DNA of 64,000 bases from Promethearchaeota archaeon (lineage in GTDB: Archaea > Asgardarchaeota > Lokiarchaeia > Sigyniarchaeales > SOKP01): the NCBI GenBank assembly GCA_016930515.1, contig JAFGGO010000074.1, forward strand, positions 4,790 to 68,789, in the 5' to 3' direction. The position numbers and the translations under genes are program-made. This document shows positions 10,602-21,290 of this stretch, one piece after another. Within the stretch, counting starts at the first letter, position 1. Each line of letters begins with the position of its first letter. Below the pieces are notes generated by a model. The model made no database searches. It was not told the DNA's origin and worked only from the letters and a program-made list of their open reading frames with translations.

Positions 10602-11456
10602 ATGCATTACAATAAAATCGTTATAAAACGCAAACTTAAGGAGTTTATCGAAGAAGATTGTCAATTTAAGGATTGTAGCTCTGATTTCATTCCTGAAACC
10701 GACACATCTTCGGCAAGAATAATTAGTAAAAGCGAAGGATACATCTCGGGTCTTGAGGAGCTTGAGATTCTATTTGGACTGCTTAAAGTGAACATATTGT
10801 TAAAAAAAAAAGATGGAGATAGCGTTTCTAACGGTGATTTAATCGCAGAATTAAACGGTCTTACAAGGAACATCCTTCTTGGAGAAAGAATTGGTCTTAA
10901 CTTATGCACTCACATGAGCGCAATCACTTCGACAACCAAGAAATTTACTAATATAGTTAAGGAAGCGAATAAAAATACAAGAATTGCCTGCACGCGAAAA
11001 ACTCTTCCCGGACTTCGCATTTTTGAAAAGAAAGCCGTTGAGATTGGAGGAGGAGAAACTCATCGGTTTTCATTAGACGACATGATTCTTTTAAAAGACA
11101 CGCATCTAAAATATCGAAACGGAGATTTAGCTGGATTGCTTGAGGATGTAAAAAAAAAAGCAAGCTTTTCAAAAAAGATCGAGGTTGAAATAGAAAAGAT
11201 AAACGATATAGTGACTGCTGCAAAAAATGGAGCGGATATCGTCATGCTCGATAACATGACGCCTAAAGAGGTTAAGGAGGCTATTAACTTATTAGAAAAT
11301 CAAGGTTTAAGGAATAAAATTCTTATTGAAGTGTCTGGGGGCATTAATTTCAATAATTTTAGGGCATACTTAGATGCAGAACCGGATATCATAAGCACGA
11401 GCGAACTAACTCAGAATCCGTTCTTAAGAGTTGATTTATCGCTTAGATTTAATTAA
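10602..11456 (+). CDS. nadC: Nicotinate-nucleotide pyrophosphorylase (carboxylating)
   Basis: QPRTase pattern: GERIGLN, TRKTLPGLR, AVEIGGGETHR, LDNM. 284 aa. Confidence 0.85.
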   Translation: MHYNKIVIKRKLKEFIEEDCQFKDCSSDFIPETDTSSARIISKSEGYISGLEELEILFGLLKVNILLKKKDGDSVSNGDLIAELNGLTRNILLGERIGLNLCTHMSAITSTTKKFTNIVKEANKNTRIACTRKTLPGLRIFEKKAVEIGGGETHRFSLDDMILLKDTHLKYRNGDLAGLLEDVKKKASFSKKIEVEIEKINDIVTAAKNGADIVMLDNMTPKEVKEAINLLENQGLRNKILIEVSGGINFNNFRAYLDAEPDIISTSELTQNPFLRVDLSLRFN

Positions 11457-11478
11457 TAAGATCTTTCAGATTTAAGAT

Positions 11479-11871
11479 TCAATCAATTATTATCTCGTGG
11501 ATTGAACAAGTAACATCTCGGATATTTGATAATTTTTGGTGCAAATCCTTAATGATTCCAAATTCTCCTACGGTTAGAATGGTTTCGATTTTTTTTTCTG
11601 CAATCCTCCAATCAGAAACTGTTTTAATAACAGAAGAAAATTGAGAAAATAGTTCGGTAATTTCATCAGTTGTTACCTCTTTCAATGGATAAACGAGGTT
11701 AATGGTCATTATTTTATAACCGTCCATATTTTCGAAATTTTCGTGATTTTCAATAAAATTCACGATCGCACTCCTTAATGCCTCACTTTTTGATTGAAAG
11801 CCACTTTTTCTCCTAACAATCTCGAATCTTTCTAATAATTCGTCCGTTACTTGTAAAGATATGATCGGCAT
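11479..11871 (-). CDS. Ribbon-helix-helix (CopG/NikR-like) transcriptional regulator
   Basis: N-terminal RHH (ISLQVTDELLERFEIVRRKSGFQSKSEALRSAI) plus an ACT-like C-terminal domain. NikR-type His/Cys nickel ligands are not evident. Confidence 0.55.
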   Translation of the reverse strand: MPIISLQVTDELLERFEIVRRKSGFQSKSEALRSAIVNFIENHENFENMDGYKIMTINLVYPLKEVTTDEITELFSQFSSVIKTVSDWRIAEKKIETILTVGEFGIIKDLHQKLSNIRDVTCSIHEIIID

Positions 11872-12088
11872 TTATATTATCACTTGAAATGTTTTTTGAG
11901 ATTAAGATTAATAGTTATTTTAATGTATAGATAAAGTATTCCACATTTAATGAATTGATATATTTTTTTCTTACTAATTAAATACTTGATTGTCGATTTT
12001 TTTACATTGAAAAAGATAGAAGAAATTATTTAGCATAGTTTCCTTTACTATGGATATATAATCATATAACACTGTCAAGGCAAAAATT

Positions 12089-13606
12089 ATGTATATCGCA
12101 GCATTCGATTTAGGAACGACGGGATGTAGGACATTCATCTACGATATAAATGGTACCGTTAAGGCAAGCAGTTACAAAGAATGGAATAGCTATTTCCCCG
12201 CACCTTCTCATGTTGAACAACTCGCTGGTATGTGGTGGACATCTTTAAAAGAAACTATTAAAAACGCCATTAAAAAGGCTAAAATTTTACCTTCCGAAAT
12301 TGCCAGTTGTTCGGTTACAAATCAGAGAGAAACAATAGTACCTATTTCCAAAGATGGAAAACCCTTACATAACGCATTGGTTTGGCAAGATAGAAGAACT
12401 ATTAATCAAGTAAAACTCATCGAAAAACAGGTAGGAGTGGAAAAAATATACAAAACTACAGGCCTTACTATTGATCCGTATTTCTCCTTGACAAAAATAC
12501 TTTGGTTTAAGGAAAAGAAGCCTGAAATTTACAATAAAACCTGGAAATTCATGTTGGTTAGCGATTTTATCATTTATAAATTAACGGGTAAGTGCGTAAG
12601 CGATCACAGCAATGCAAGCAGGACGATGTTATTCGATATTAGAACCCAAAAATATTCAGAAGAGATAGCAGCGGCAATGGAAATTGATCTAGATAAGATG
12701 CCCGAAGCTATAGAAAGTGGAACGCTGGTCGATAATATTAATTCACCAGAATCAGGCTTGAATAAAAATACTTTAGTCATATCTGGATCGGGAGATCAGC
12801 AATCTGCTGCTTTGGGTGTTGGAGCAACCTCTCCAGGCGATATTAAATGCACGACGGGGACAGGAAGCTTCATTTTAGCATATTTAAAAAAACCGTCTTT
12901 TGATCCAAAAAGAAGAGTACTCTGCAGTTGCCATGCAATAAAAAACGCCTGGGTTCAAGAAGCAAGCATTTTTACCACGGGAGCAGCCTTGAAGTGGTTT
13001 CGCGACGAAATCGGACATGTTGAATGCGAGAGAGCTGGAAATAACGAAGATCCCTACAAAATAATTGATAAAGAAGCGTCAAAATCTCCTTTAGGAGCAA
13101 ATGGATTACTAATACTCCCACATTTAGTAGGCGCTGGAGCCCCTTATTGGAACCCCCACGCAAGAGGGGTTTTGTTTGGTTTGTCCTTAGGCCATAGAAG
13201 AAGAGATCTCTATAGAGCCGTATTGGAAGGCGTGGCTTATGATGTCAGGAGGAATATAGAAGTTTTTAAAGAATTAGGAATAATTCCATCAGAATTGAAA
13301 TTAACAGGTGGGGGTGCTCGGTCGGATTTATGGAATCAAATTTTCTCAGATGTGATCAATGTTACATGTGTTAGAAATTCAATTGAGGAGTCAACATCAT
13401 TAGGCGCTGCAATACTGGCGGCTTACGGAGCAGGAATATTTTCTGATATAAAAAAAGCAGCAGGAGAATTGTGTAAGGTCGATAAAAAATGGTACCCAGA
13501 CGAGAAATCCTTTAATAAATATTCTAAGTTATGTGATTTTTCGACGGAACTATTCGAATCCTTGATGCAAAATAACACATACAAGAAATTTTTAAATCTG
13601 ATATAG
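12089..13606 (+). CDS. FGGY-family carbohydrate kinase (xylulokinase/glycerol kinase-like)
   Basis: N-terminal FDLGTTGCR, GSGDQQSAALG, and C-terminal GGGARS. 505 aa. Confidence 0.85.
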   Translation: MYIAAFDLGTTGCRTFIYDINGTVKASSYKEWNSYFPAPSHVEQLAGMWWTSLKETIKNAIKKAKILPSEIASCSVTNQRETIVPISKDGKPLHNALVWQDRRTINQVKLIEKQVGVEKIYKTTGLTIDPYFSLTKILWFKEKKPEIYNKTWKFMLVSDFIIYKLTGKCVSDHSNASRTMLFDIRTQKYSEEIAAAMEIDLDKMPEAIESGTLVDNINSPESGLNKNTLVISGSGDQQSAALGVGATSPGDIKCTTGTGSFILAYLKKPSFDPKRRVLCSCHAIKNAWVQEASIFTTGAALKWFRDEIGHVECERAGNNEDPYKIIDKEASKSPLGANGLLILPHLVGAGAPYWNPHARGVLFGLSLGHRRRDLYRAVLEGVAYDVRRNIEVFKELGIIPSELKLTGGGARSDLWNQIFSDVINVTCVRNSIEESTSLGAAILAAYGAGIFSDIKKAAGELCKVDKKWYPDEKSFNKYSKLCDFSTELFESLMQNNTYKKFLNLI

Positions 13607-13724
13607 CCAGCAAACTCCACATAATTGAATTTAAAAAATGATTTAAGGAAACCATACTTAAAATTTTAATAGTTGTTTTCTAATAATATATTTACTTATC
13701 AAAAAAAAATGGTGCGAGAGATTC

Positions 13725-14315
13725 ATGGAAGAAATTGATGGAATTAAATATTCAAAACTGCAGATTCAGGCGGCAACATTATTTTATGTGGTCTTGGTTA
13801 TTGCTTGCATAACCACCATCGCAGGAGGAGTTTTTCTAATCTCAGAATTAATATTAGGACCTACGGGGAAATTAGCGTTGTTATTAAGCTTACAAAAAGG
13901 TTGGTTGATAGTAATTTTTGGAGCGTTATTTGCAGGATTATTTTTTCTTTTAGTATTGTTTTATGGCTTGTTTAAAAGAGGTAGGAATTGGATAATAATA
14001 AAAGCATTCAAACCTAAAGTAATCCCCGATCCCCTGGCGAAAAGTAGAATAGAAATCAAGTTAGTCGTATATATACTTTTATTTTTCTTGGTTGTGGTTA
14101 TATTTGGCTTATTATTCGCTGTAGTTAGCGAAGTATTAAGTTATGTTGGAGGATCTACTACTTCTCTAGTTTCAAACCTCACCGTGGGACCATTACTATT
14201 GATTATAGGGATCCTAGTTTTGATCTTTGACGGACTTTGTATCTTTGTTATATTTTTTGTAAAAAACGGTTATTACCTAATTCTTAGACTAATTGGAGGA
14301 TTAGAAAAGGATTAA
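13725..14315 (+). CDS. Polytopic membrane protein, unknown function
   Basis: 196 aa with four hydrophobic helices arranged as two similar halves. No recognisable motif. Confidence 0.4.
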   Translation: MEEIDGIKYSKLQIQAATLFYVVLVIACITTIAGGVFLISELILGPTGKLALLLSLQKGWLIVIFGALFAGLFFLLVLFYGLFKRGRNWIIIKAFKPKVIPDPLAKSRIEIKLVVYILLFFLVVVIFGLLFAVVSEVLSYVGGSTTSLVSNLTVGPLLLIIGILVLIFDGLCIFVIFFVKNGYYLILRLIGGLEKD

Positions 14316-14436
14316 AAATCATTTTTCCTTTTATTTTTCTTTTTTTGTCAATTAGAAAATTCGCTCTCTTTCCTGACTTATTAAGGCGAGAACTTAATGT
14401 TTTCCTTAAAATTGTTTTAAAATGGATTAGTTTTTC

Positions 14437-15951
14437 ATGAAAGATAAAATAGGAACCGTATTCAATTATAATCAATTACCGGATGTTTCGAGGTTTCCCT
14501 TCATAATTAGCCTTAAAAAAAAGCGAGGACTTGTAAGAAAAGGGCAATTTGTTTGTACTGAATCTGAGGAAGGTTTTTTAATGGGAATGGTTGAAAAGAT
14601 CCTAATTTTAAACGAATATTTTTCAGACGCCCTTACCATAAAGGCATATAACGACAATAATAATCCTAACATTTTAAAAGGTCTTTTTCCAAGCGAAGAT
14701 TTTGAATTTTCCATAGCCATAGTTAAGAACCTTGGAATAATCTTGCTCGGAGATATTGATGATTCTAAAATTGAAAAAATAAATAGAATGACATATCCAG
14801 CTAGGCCAGGAGCGGAAGTATATTTAGTTAGTGATGAAATATTAAGCTCTTTTTTAGGATTTGATTTACAAAATGGTTTAAGAATTGGATCGTTGAAGGT
14901 ATCGAATACTGAAGTAAAATTAAACCTAGATCGTTTATTAGGAAAGCATTTAGGAATTTTAGCAATCTCAGGTGCGGGAAAGAGTTATTTAACGTCCGTT
15001 CTTGTTGAGGAATTGCTATCATCTAATAGTGGAGGATCTCCAGCGATCTTTTTAATTGATGTACACGGAGAATATACTTATTTAAAAGAAATCCCTGAAT
15101 TAAAAGATAAAATAATAGTACAAGATGCAAGTTTTTTCCAAATCGCAGTTCCAATCATGAATGCTCAATCTTTTAGAAAGGTTCAAAACGAAATATCTAC
15201 AGTTCAGTTAAGAGAATTATCAAAACACATAAAAAAATTAAAAAAAACTAAAAAAAATTATTCCATTCCAGACATCATACAATATCTCGAAGAGGAACAA
15301 GAAGGCAATAAAAGCTCAAGGCAAGCTTTAATAGGATGGCTCGAAGAATTGCATTACCTACGATTATTTGGTCCGTCAGAAAACCCACTGTTGAAGAATA
15401 TCATAAAGCCCCAAAAACTAATCATATTCAACCTTCAAAGCGAGATAAACATTAGGAAAAAACAAATAATGGTTGATTATATTTGTTCTCGCATGTTTTA
15501 CATGAGACGTATGAACGAAATTCCTCCATTTTTATTAATTATAGAAGAAGCACACCAATTTTCCCCAGAAGCAGCTCATTCAAAAGCGATTTCGAAATCA
15601 ATAATTGAAACTATAGCGCGAGAAGGGAGGAAATTTATGGCTTGTTTGTGCTTGATAAGTCAGAGACCCAAAAAATTAAGCACCACAGCTCTTTCCCAAT
15701 TAAATTCCAAGATGATATTAAATATCAAGAATCCTTACGACTTAAAACATCTCATGGAAAGTTCAGAAGCAATAACAAAAGATTATGCAGATATGATTTC
15801 GAGTTTAGGCGTGGGAGAGATGTTGCTGATGGGTAATGCCATTAATTATCCTGTTTTTATAAACATAAGACAAAGGTCATACCCCCCTAAAAATAAGGAC
15901 ATAAACCTATCACAGGCTTGTCTTAATTGGCAAGAAAAGGAATTATTCTAG
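14437..15951 (+). CDS. HerA-like (DUF87) FtsK/HerA-superfamily ATPase
   Basis: N-terminal barrel-like region, Walker A ISGAGKSY, Walker B LLIIEEAH. 504 aa. Confidence 0.75.
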   Translation: MKDKIGTVFNYNQLPDVSRFPFIISLKKKRGLVRKGQFVCTESEEGFLMGMVEKILILNEYFSDALTIKAYNDNNNPNILKGLFPSEDFEFSIAIVKNLGIILLGDIDDSKIEKINRMTYPARPGAEVYLVSDEILSSFLGFDLQNGLRIGSLKVSNTEVKLNLDRLLGKHLGILAISGAGKSYLTSVLVEELLSSNSGGSPAIFLIDVHGEYTYLKEIPELKDKIIVQDASFFQIAVPIMNAQSFRKVQNEISTVQLRELSKHIKKLKKTKKNYSIPDIIQYLEEEQEGNKSSRQALIGWLEELHYLRLFGPSENPLLKNIIKPQKLIIFNLQSEINIRKKQIMVDYICSRMFYMRRMNEIPPFLLIIEEAHQFSPEAAHSKAISKSIIETIAREGRKFMACLCLISQRPKKLSTTALSQLNSKMILNIKNPYDLKHLMESSEAITKDYADMISSLGVGEMLLMGNAINYPVFINIRQRSYPPKNKDINLSQACLNWQEKELF

Positions 15952-16182
15952 CTCGTGCATTATTTCTTCTCTAATTTCCATATTGTTCTTATTAAGCACA
16001 ATCATGTTTTTATTCTTGCTAACTCGGAATACATTAATAATATTCCTACTTTCGAGTTTTAAGTAAATTTCTTCGAGCAGATAGGAATTTACATAAGGAA
16101 ATTCTTTTTTAAGCAGTTCTTCTAATCTTTTATCCATAATTTCCCCCTTGTTTCGAATGAGCAGGTCAATAATTGTATTCAC
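15943..16182 (-). CDS. Small hypothetical protein
   Basis: 79-aa ORF convergent with the HerA-like gene. No motif. Start uncertain (GTG 16182 or the internal ATG). Confidence 0.25.
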   Translation of the reverse strand: MNTIIDLLIRNKGEIMDKRLEELLKKEFPYVNSYLLEEIYLKLESRNIINVFRVSKNKNMIVLNKNNMEIREEIMHELE

Positions 16183-16307
16183 GACTGGTTTTTGATTCCA
16201 ACGTTGCGATTCGATGATTAATCACCTAAAAATATGTATATATAATTATAAAAATAAGAAGTAGATCGTGATTTAAAGTATTTTAATCGTTATAAATTTG
16301 TGGTTTC

Positions 16308-18572
16308 TTAGACAAATAATCCGTCTTGTTTTTCTTCACCTTCGATTCTTCGCCTCTTTAACTTTTCAGCAAAAGATTCGTACCATTTGATAACATCGGG
16401 AGTAATTGTTGGATGTATTTCCTCTCTTGCTTCAATGAAATGGTCGGGAGAAATCTTTCTTGCGCGAATGTTTTCTCGAAGTGCAATCATCGCAGCTTCG
16501 CGACACCATGTTTCAATATCTGCTCCTGAAAAACCATCACCAATCATTCCAGCTAAGGTTTCTACGGTGAGGTTTGATGCGAGTGGCATATTTTGGGTAA
16601 AAATCCTGAGAATTTCGATCCTGCTTCGAACATCTGGTGCTGAGACAAGCAAGATCCTATCGATCCTTCCAGGCCTGATAAGGGCGGGATCTAAAATATC
16701 TGGTCGATTCGTTGCGGCAATAACCACAATGTCCCTTTTACTTTCTAAACCGTCCAATTCCGTTAGTAACTGAGATAATACCTTTTCCGTCACGCCCGAA
16801 TCATTCGTAACCCGTCCCCTGCTTGGTGCAATGGAATCAAACTCATCGAAAAATATTATACACGGAGAGGCCATTTTAGCTTTTCTAAACACTTCTCTTA
16901 TGGCTTTTTCGCTTTCTCCTACCCATTTTGAAAGCAATTCGGGTCCTTTTATCGAAATGAAATTAGCCTTCGTTTCGGTAGCGACAGCTCTCGCCAGAAG
17001 CGTTTTTCCGCATCCAGGCGGACCGTATAAAAGGATGCCTTTAGGGGGAGAGATGCCCATTCTCTTGAAGATCTTGGGATGAGATAAAGGCCAATCAACC
17101 GCTTCCATTAATTTCTGTTTTAAAATATCCAAACCACCAATTCGTTCCCATGGAACATTTGGAATTTCAACGAATACTTCTCTTATTCCCGAAGGAAGTA
17201 CTTCTTTCAAAGCTTCTTCAAAATCGTCCTTGAGCACTTCCATTTGTAAAAGCAATTCCTCTTCAATAACTTCGGATTCTAAATCTATTTGGGGCAAGTA
17301 GCGCCTCAACGCCGCCATTGCAGCTTCCCTACAAACGGCAGAAATGTCCGCTCCAACAAACCCATGTGTGATCCGAGCGAATTCATTAAGGGAAATTTTT
17401 TTATCAAGAGGCATATTTCTTGTATGAATCTGGAACACTTCTCTTCTTCCTTTTTCGTTAGGAACTTTTATTTCTATCTCTCTGTCAAACCTACCCGGAC
17501 GTCTCAATGCCTCGTCCAAGCTATTAGGTCGATTTGTCGCACCAATAACTATCACGCGGCCCCTACTATGCAAGCCATCCATTAAAGCCAATAATTGTGC
17601 CACGACCCTTCTTTCTACCTCTCCCGTAACAGTTTCTCTTTTAGGTGCAATTGCGTCTATTTCGTCTATGAATATGATTGAGGGACTTTTTTCTTCTGCT
17701 TCAACGAAAATCTTACGTAATTTTTTTTCTGATTCGCCGTAAAACTTACTCATTATTTCTGGACCGTTTATCGAAATGAAGTGAGCCTCACTTTCGTTTG
17801 CCACCGCTTTTGCTAAAAGTGTTTTTCCACAACCAGGAGGACCTCTCAATAAAACTCCTTTAGGAGGATCGATTCCAAGACGCTTAAATAGAGACGGGTG
17901 TCTAAGGGGGAGTTCTACCATTTCTCGAACGCGCTGAATTTCTCGATCTAGACCTCCCACGTCCTCGTAAGTCACATAATCTCCTTTAGGTTCTTCTTCA
18001 GGAGTTATGTTTTCGCTTATATGTATGACCGTGTCCTGTTTTATAACACAAATACCTCTTGGTTTAAGACTCTTGACCTTAAATAATATTTCTCGACTAA
18101 TCCCAATTGAAATGTGAATTATATCATCTATGGTTACGGGATAATTGATTAATTTCCTCCTAACGAATGTTTCAAATCGTGGGTTTGTTTTTATTTTAAC
18201 CGTGGCAGGAGATAATACAATATTCTGTGCTGATAATGCATTTACTTTTCTTATTTCGATAGTGTCATCTATACTGGTTCCCGTGTTTTTTCTCAATCGA
18301 GAATCAAAACGAACAATGCCTAAACCTTGATCTTGAGGATAACTAGGCCAAGCAATCCCAGCGCTTTCTTTCTTGCCCTTTATGGAAATGACATCACCTA
18401 ATTGGATATTTAATTCTTCCATTATCTTAGAGTCAATCCTTACGATATTTCTTCCAATATCTCGTTCTTTTGCTTTTTGTACTCTTAGTGAAACCGATGG
18501 CCCGCTATTATTTGATTCACTATTGTCTTTATTTCCGCTATTGTCATTATTATTGTTATTATTAGATGACAT
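16308..18572 (-). CDS. cdc48: Cdc48/VCP-type AAA+ ATPase
   Basis: Two AAA modules, each with GPPGCGKT Walker A and DEID/DEFD Walker B, plus a Cdc48 N-domain. 754 aa with a poly-Asn N-terminal tail. Confidence 0.95.
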   Translation of the reverse strand: MSSNNNNNNDNSGNKDNSESNNSGPSVSLRVQKAKERDIGRNIVRIDSKIMEELNIQLGDVISIKGKKESAGIAWPSYPQDQGLGIVRFDSRLRKNTGTSIDDTIEIRKVNALSAQNIVLSPATVKIKTNPRFETFVRRKLINYPVTIDDIIHISIGISREILFKVKSLKPRGICVIKQDTVIHISENITPEEEPKGDYVTYEDVGGLDREIQRVREMVELPLRHPSLFKRLGIDPPKGVLLRGPPGCGKTLLAKAVANESEAHFISINGPEIMSKFYGESEKKLRKIFVEAEEKSPSIIFIDEIDAIAPKRETVTGEVERRVVAQLLALMDGLHSRGRVIVIGATNRPNSLDEALRRPGRFDREIEIKVPNEKGRREVFQIHTRNMPLDKKISLNEFARITHGFVGADISAVCREAAMAALRRYLPQIDLESEVIEEELLLQMEVLKDDFEEALKEVLPSGIREVFVEIPNVPWERIGGLDILKQKLMEAVDWPLSHPKIFKRMGISPPKGILLYGPPGCGKTLLARAVATETKANFISIKGPELLSKWVGESEKAIREVFRKAKMASPCIIFFDEFDSIAPSRGRVTNDSGVTEKVLSQLLTELDGLESKRDIVVIAATNRPDILDPALIRPGRIDRILLVSAPDVRSRIEILRIFTQNMPLASNLTVETLAGMIGDGFSGADIETWCREAAMIALRENIRARKISPDHFIEAREEIHPTITPDVIKWYESFAEKLKRRRIEGEEKQDGLFV

Positions 18573-18656
18573 TTTTATTCACATTCTCTTTTTTGTATAT
18601 GATTATTATTTAGTATTTATCATGTAAAAATTTTTCTATTTGGTTATTGTTCTATT

Positions 18657-19715
18657 TTATTTGTTTTTTTTAAAGAAATTATCCAATGAAACTTGTACTT
18701 TTGAGGAGTCCATTTTTTTTAAACGCTCTAGCGCGTTCATTACTCGCTGTTTTGAAAAATTATGAGTCTCTATAAGGAGTTCCTCTACCTTTTCGTAATT
18801 AATTTTGTCCCATTTAGGTTTTAAATAATCTTTTGAGACTTCAGGTTGAAGAAAAATCTGTTTTACTTTGTTTATTTGTTGAATATCAAGATCTATCTCA
18901 CTTTTACCGATCGAAACTTTATTTTTAATCAAATTTTCTATAGATCCATGTTTTTTTATCAAATCCAATGCCGTGTGCTGTCCAATACCTTTTATACCAG
19001 GAAAAAAATCTACACCGATGAGAATTGCCATCTCGACTAACTGTTCGCGTGTTATATTAAACTTCTCAAGGACTTTTGCTAGAGTTATATATTCTATGTC
19101 TAAAGTAATCTTGGTATCCTTTACTTTCTTACTTCTACTTACAGCAAAATTACGGACTAATCTCTCACCACCAAACAAGAGTGTATCATAATCTTGTGAG
19201 GCAATGGCCCAAGCATCGTTATTTTCAACCAAATATGCCGATTGAGCTTCTCCTTCTGATAATGCTTGAATAATTGGAACGCCCAAATATTCGATTAATT
19301 TCTTGCTTTCGTTTAACATTTCTGAAGTTAATTTTGATGTTTGTTGGGCATATTTTCTTGCTTCTCTAAAGTCTTCTGTCTCTTGAGCAAGGACCATTTT
19401 TTTTTTTGCTTCTTCCTTTATTTCTTTTCTTTTTTGAATTGTATCTAATTTTAGTTCTGATGGTTTACCATCAAAAACATAAATTGGTTTAATATTGTGT
19501 TCGATAAAGTTAATTGTTCTATAAAAAATGCCCGAAAGATGAGAAGTCACATTTCCGCTGTAATCCTTTAAAGGAGTCCCGTCTCGTTGGCGAATAATCG
19601 CTAAGAATTGATAAATCGTGTTAAAAGCGTCAATGGCTATGGCTTGATTGTGTAGATTTTCAAAACTAATAGTCCTTCTTGTTTCCTTTACGAGCTCGTT
19701 AATTTTTACGCCGAT
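18657..19715 (-). CDS. fen1: Flap endonuclease 1 (start codon non-canonical or damaged)
   Basis: TSHLSGIFYRTINFIEHNIKPIYVFDGKP and downstream FEN1 blocks. The frame stays open 55 codons upstream of the tracked GTG and encodes IGVKINELV...AIDAFNTIYQFL...RQRDGTPL, back to ATC at 19715. Confidence 0.9.
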   Translation of the reverse strand: MGVKINELVKETRRTISFENLHNQAIAIDAFNTIYQFLAIIRQRDGTPLKDYSGNVTSHLSGIFYRTINFIEHNIKPIYVFDGKPSELKLDTIQKRKEIKEEAKKKMVLAQETEDFREARKYAQQTSKLTSEMLNESKKLIEYLGVPIIQALSEGEAQSAYLVENNDAWAIASQDYDTLLFGGERLVRNFAVSRSKKVKDTKITLDIEYITLAKVLEKFNITREQLVEMAILIGVDFFPGIKGIGQHTALDLIKKHGSIENLIKNKVSIGKSEIDLDIQQINKVKQIFLQPEVSKDYLKPKWDKINYEKVEELLIETHNFSKQRVMNALERLKKMDSSKVQVSLDNFFKKNK

Positions 19716-19771
19716 TCATATCACCATTTTTTTCTTTATTAAACAAATAAGATCATTCCTATAAATTTTCA

Positions 19772-20308
19772 CTAATTTTTTTTTCTTCTAATTAGCTTTT
19801 GACCACATCGGTCACATAATCGGTCTAATTGGGTAGGGTCGTATAATTTCTTACAAAAAGGACAAAAGATTTCCCAAACTATTCCACCCGTGATGCCTTT
19901 TTTCCCAACAGGCGAGAATTCGAGTTTAAGTTGCAGGCATAGATTTTCCATTGAATAATCGTTCGTATAAACAACGATGTTTTCTTTGGTTTCCTCTTTT
20001 AATTCCAAGGCTAGAGTTATGACCTGTTTATCAGTTTTTGATAAAGCATTAAAATCTCCAGTTAATAAGGATTTTCTTTCAATTTCGTCGTAATATTTCT
20101 TAAGTGGCTTTTTAACGATCAATTTTTTTCTATCTATAGCCACTTGAATTCTCTGCAAAATCGTTCTGTTTTTCTCAGTATATTTTTCGACACTAATTTC
20201 CTTAATAACTCCAGGAGTGGTAAAGATTGTCCCTTTAATCAAATTGAAATCGATTCCTAATAAAAAAATATTTGTATCAAAAATAAGGATTTTACTTATT
20301 TGTCCCAT
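19772..20308 (-). CDS. Nob1-like PIN-domain endonuclease with C-terminal zinc ribbon
   Basis: PIN N-terminus (ILIFDTNIFL), then CPFC...CDRC zinc ribbon. Size fits archaeal Nob1. ATG at 20308. Confidence 0.65.
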   Translation of the reverse strand: MGQISKILIFDTNIFLLGIDFNLIKGTIFTTPGVIKEISVEKYTEKNRTILQRIQVAIDRKKLIVKKPLKKYYDEIERKSLLTGDFNALSKTDKQVITLALELKEETKENIVVYTNDYSMENLCLQLKLEFSPVGKKGITGGIVWEIFCPFCKKLYDPTQLDRLCDRCGQKLIRRKKN

Positions 20309-20310
20309 AA

Positions 20311-21216
20311 TCAATACTCTTCTGGACTATCATCTCGAGGAATAGGTACTAAACCTATTATTTTTTTCCTCAGTCGTCTATAATAGCTTTCATTGAAACG
20401 TATAAATTTTACTATTGAATTTGACTTACGAATCCTAATTATAGAATGAGGTTGTACATCTTTAAAGACTTTACGCCCATCGAGTAATATTCTTCCACTT
20501 AGGCGAGGTCTTAATAATTTTACATCAATTACGGTCTCCATTGGAAGTACGAGAGGTTTTAAACCCGAACGAGCAAAGGGATTTAACGGAACTATTTGCA
20601 TTACATTTAAGGAAGGGTGAACAATCGCCCCTCCAGCACTTAAATTGTATGCGGTGGACCCCGTCGAAGTGGATACGATAACTCCATCTAAATAGCTCCT
20701 ATTTAGGTGTACTCCATTTATTTTTATGGCAATTTGCAATACCTTGGAATTTTTTGAGGATACGATCAAAACTTCATTTAGGCAATTACCTAGTTTTATT
20801 TCTTCTTTCTTCTCGTTTATGAGAGAAGTTGATATTTTTGAGCAGGTTTCAACAGTATAATTTCCATTTAAAATTTTATCAACATCGTCGAAAATCATCC
20901 TCCCGTTTGATTCGTCCAAGAATCCCACGGATCCTATGTTTATTCCTAAAATAGGCGGAGGATCTGCCTGATCAACGCTCCCCGCAACTCTTAAGAGAGT
21001 TCCATCGCCTCCAATTGAAAGTACGAATTTTGTATTTTTGGAACTCATTTCGCTTAAATCTCTTGCACTTGTTGGAAGAATTTTTGGAGCAATTCTGGTT
21101 TCCAAATACACGACCTGAGCTCTTTTTTTCACGAGAAACTCAAAGAGCTTTTTAGATAAAGCAAATGCCTTTTCGGAGTCCATTCTACAAGCTAAGGCAA
21201 TTGATTTTTCTTCCAT
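20311..21216 (-). CDS. nadK: NAD kinase
   Basis: GGDGTLL motif and STSTGSTAYNLSAGG block. First ATG at 21216; the ORF opens with TTG at 21225. Confidence 0.85.
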   Translation of the reverse strand: MEEKSIALACRMDSEKAFALSKKLFEFLVKKRAQVVYLETRIAPKILPTSARDLSEMSSKNTKFVLSIGGDGTLLRVAGSVDQADPPPILGINIGSVGFLDESNGRMIFDDVDKILNGNYTVETCSKISTSLINEKKEEIKLGNCLNEVLIVSSKNSKVLQIAIKINGVHLNRSYLDGVIVSTSTGSTAYNLSAGGAIVHPSLNVMQIVPLNPFARSGLKPLVLPMETVIDVKLLRPRLSGRILLDGRKVFKDVQPHSIIRIRKSNSIVKFIRFNESYYRRLRKKIIGLVPIPRDDSPEEY

Positions 21217-21290
21217 AAAAATCAAAATTTTAATATAAATATTGTTAAATTATCAATTTATTGGATTAATCTAAAAAAAATTAAAAGTAA

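Noticed and set aside
16387-18627. Several plus-strand ORFs (16387-16773, 16831-17082, 17289-17585, 18145-18330, 18373-18627) inside the Cdc48 gene.
   Set aside because: All lie antisense to a strongly supported 754-aa AAA+ gene. They have low-complexity or odd composition and no motifs, so they are shadow ORFs.
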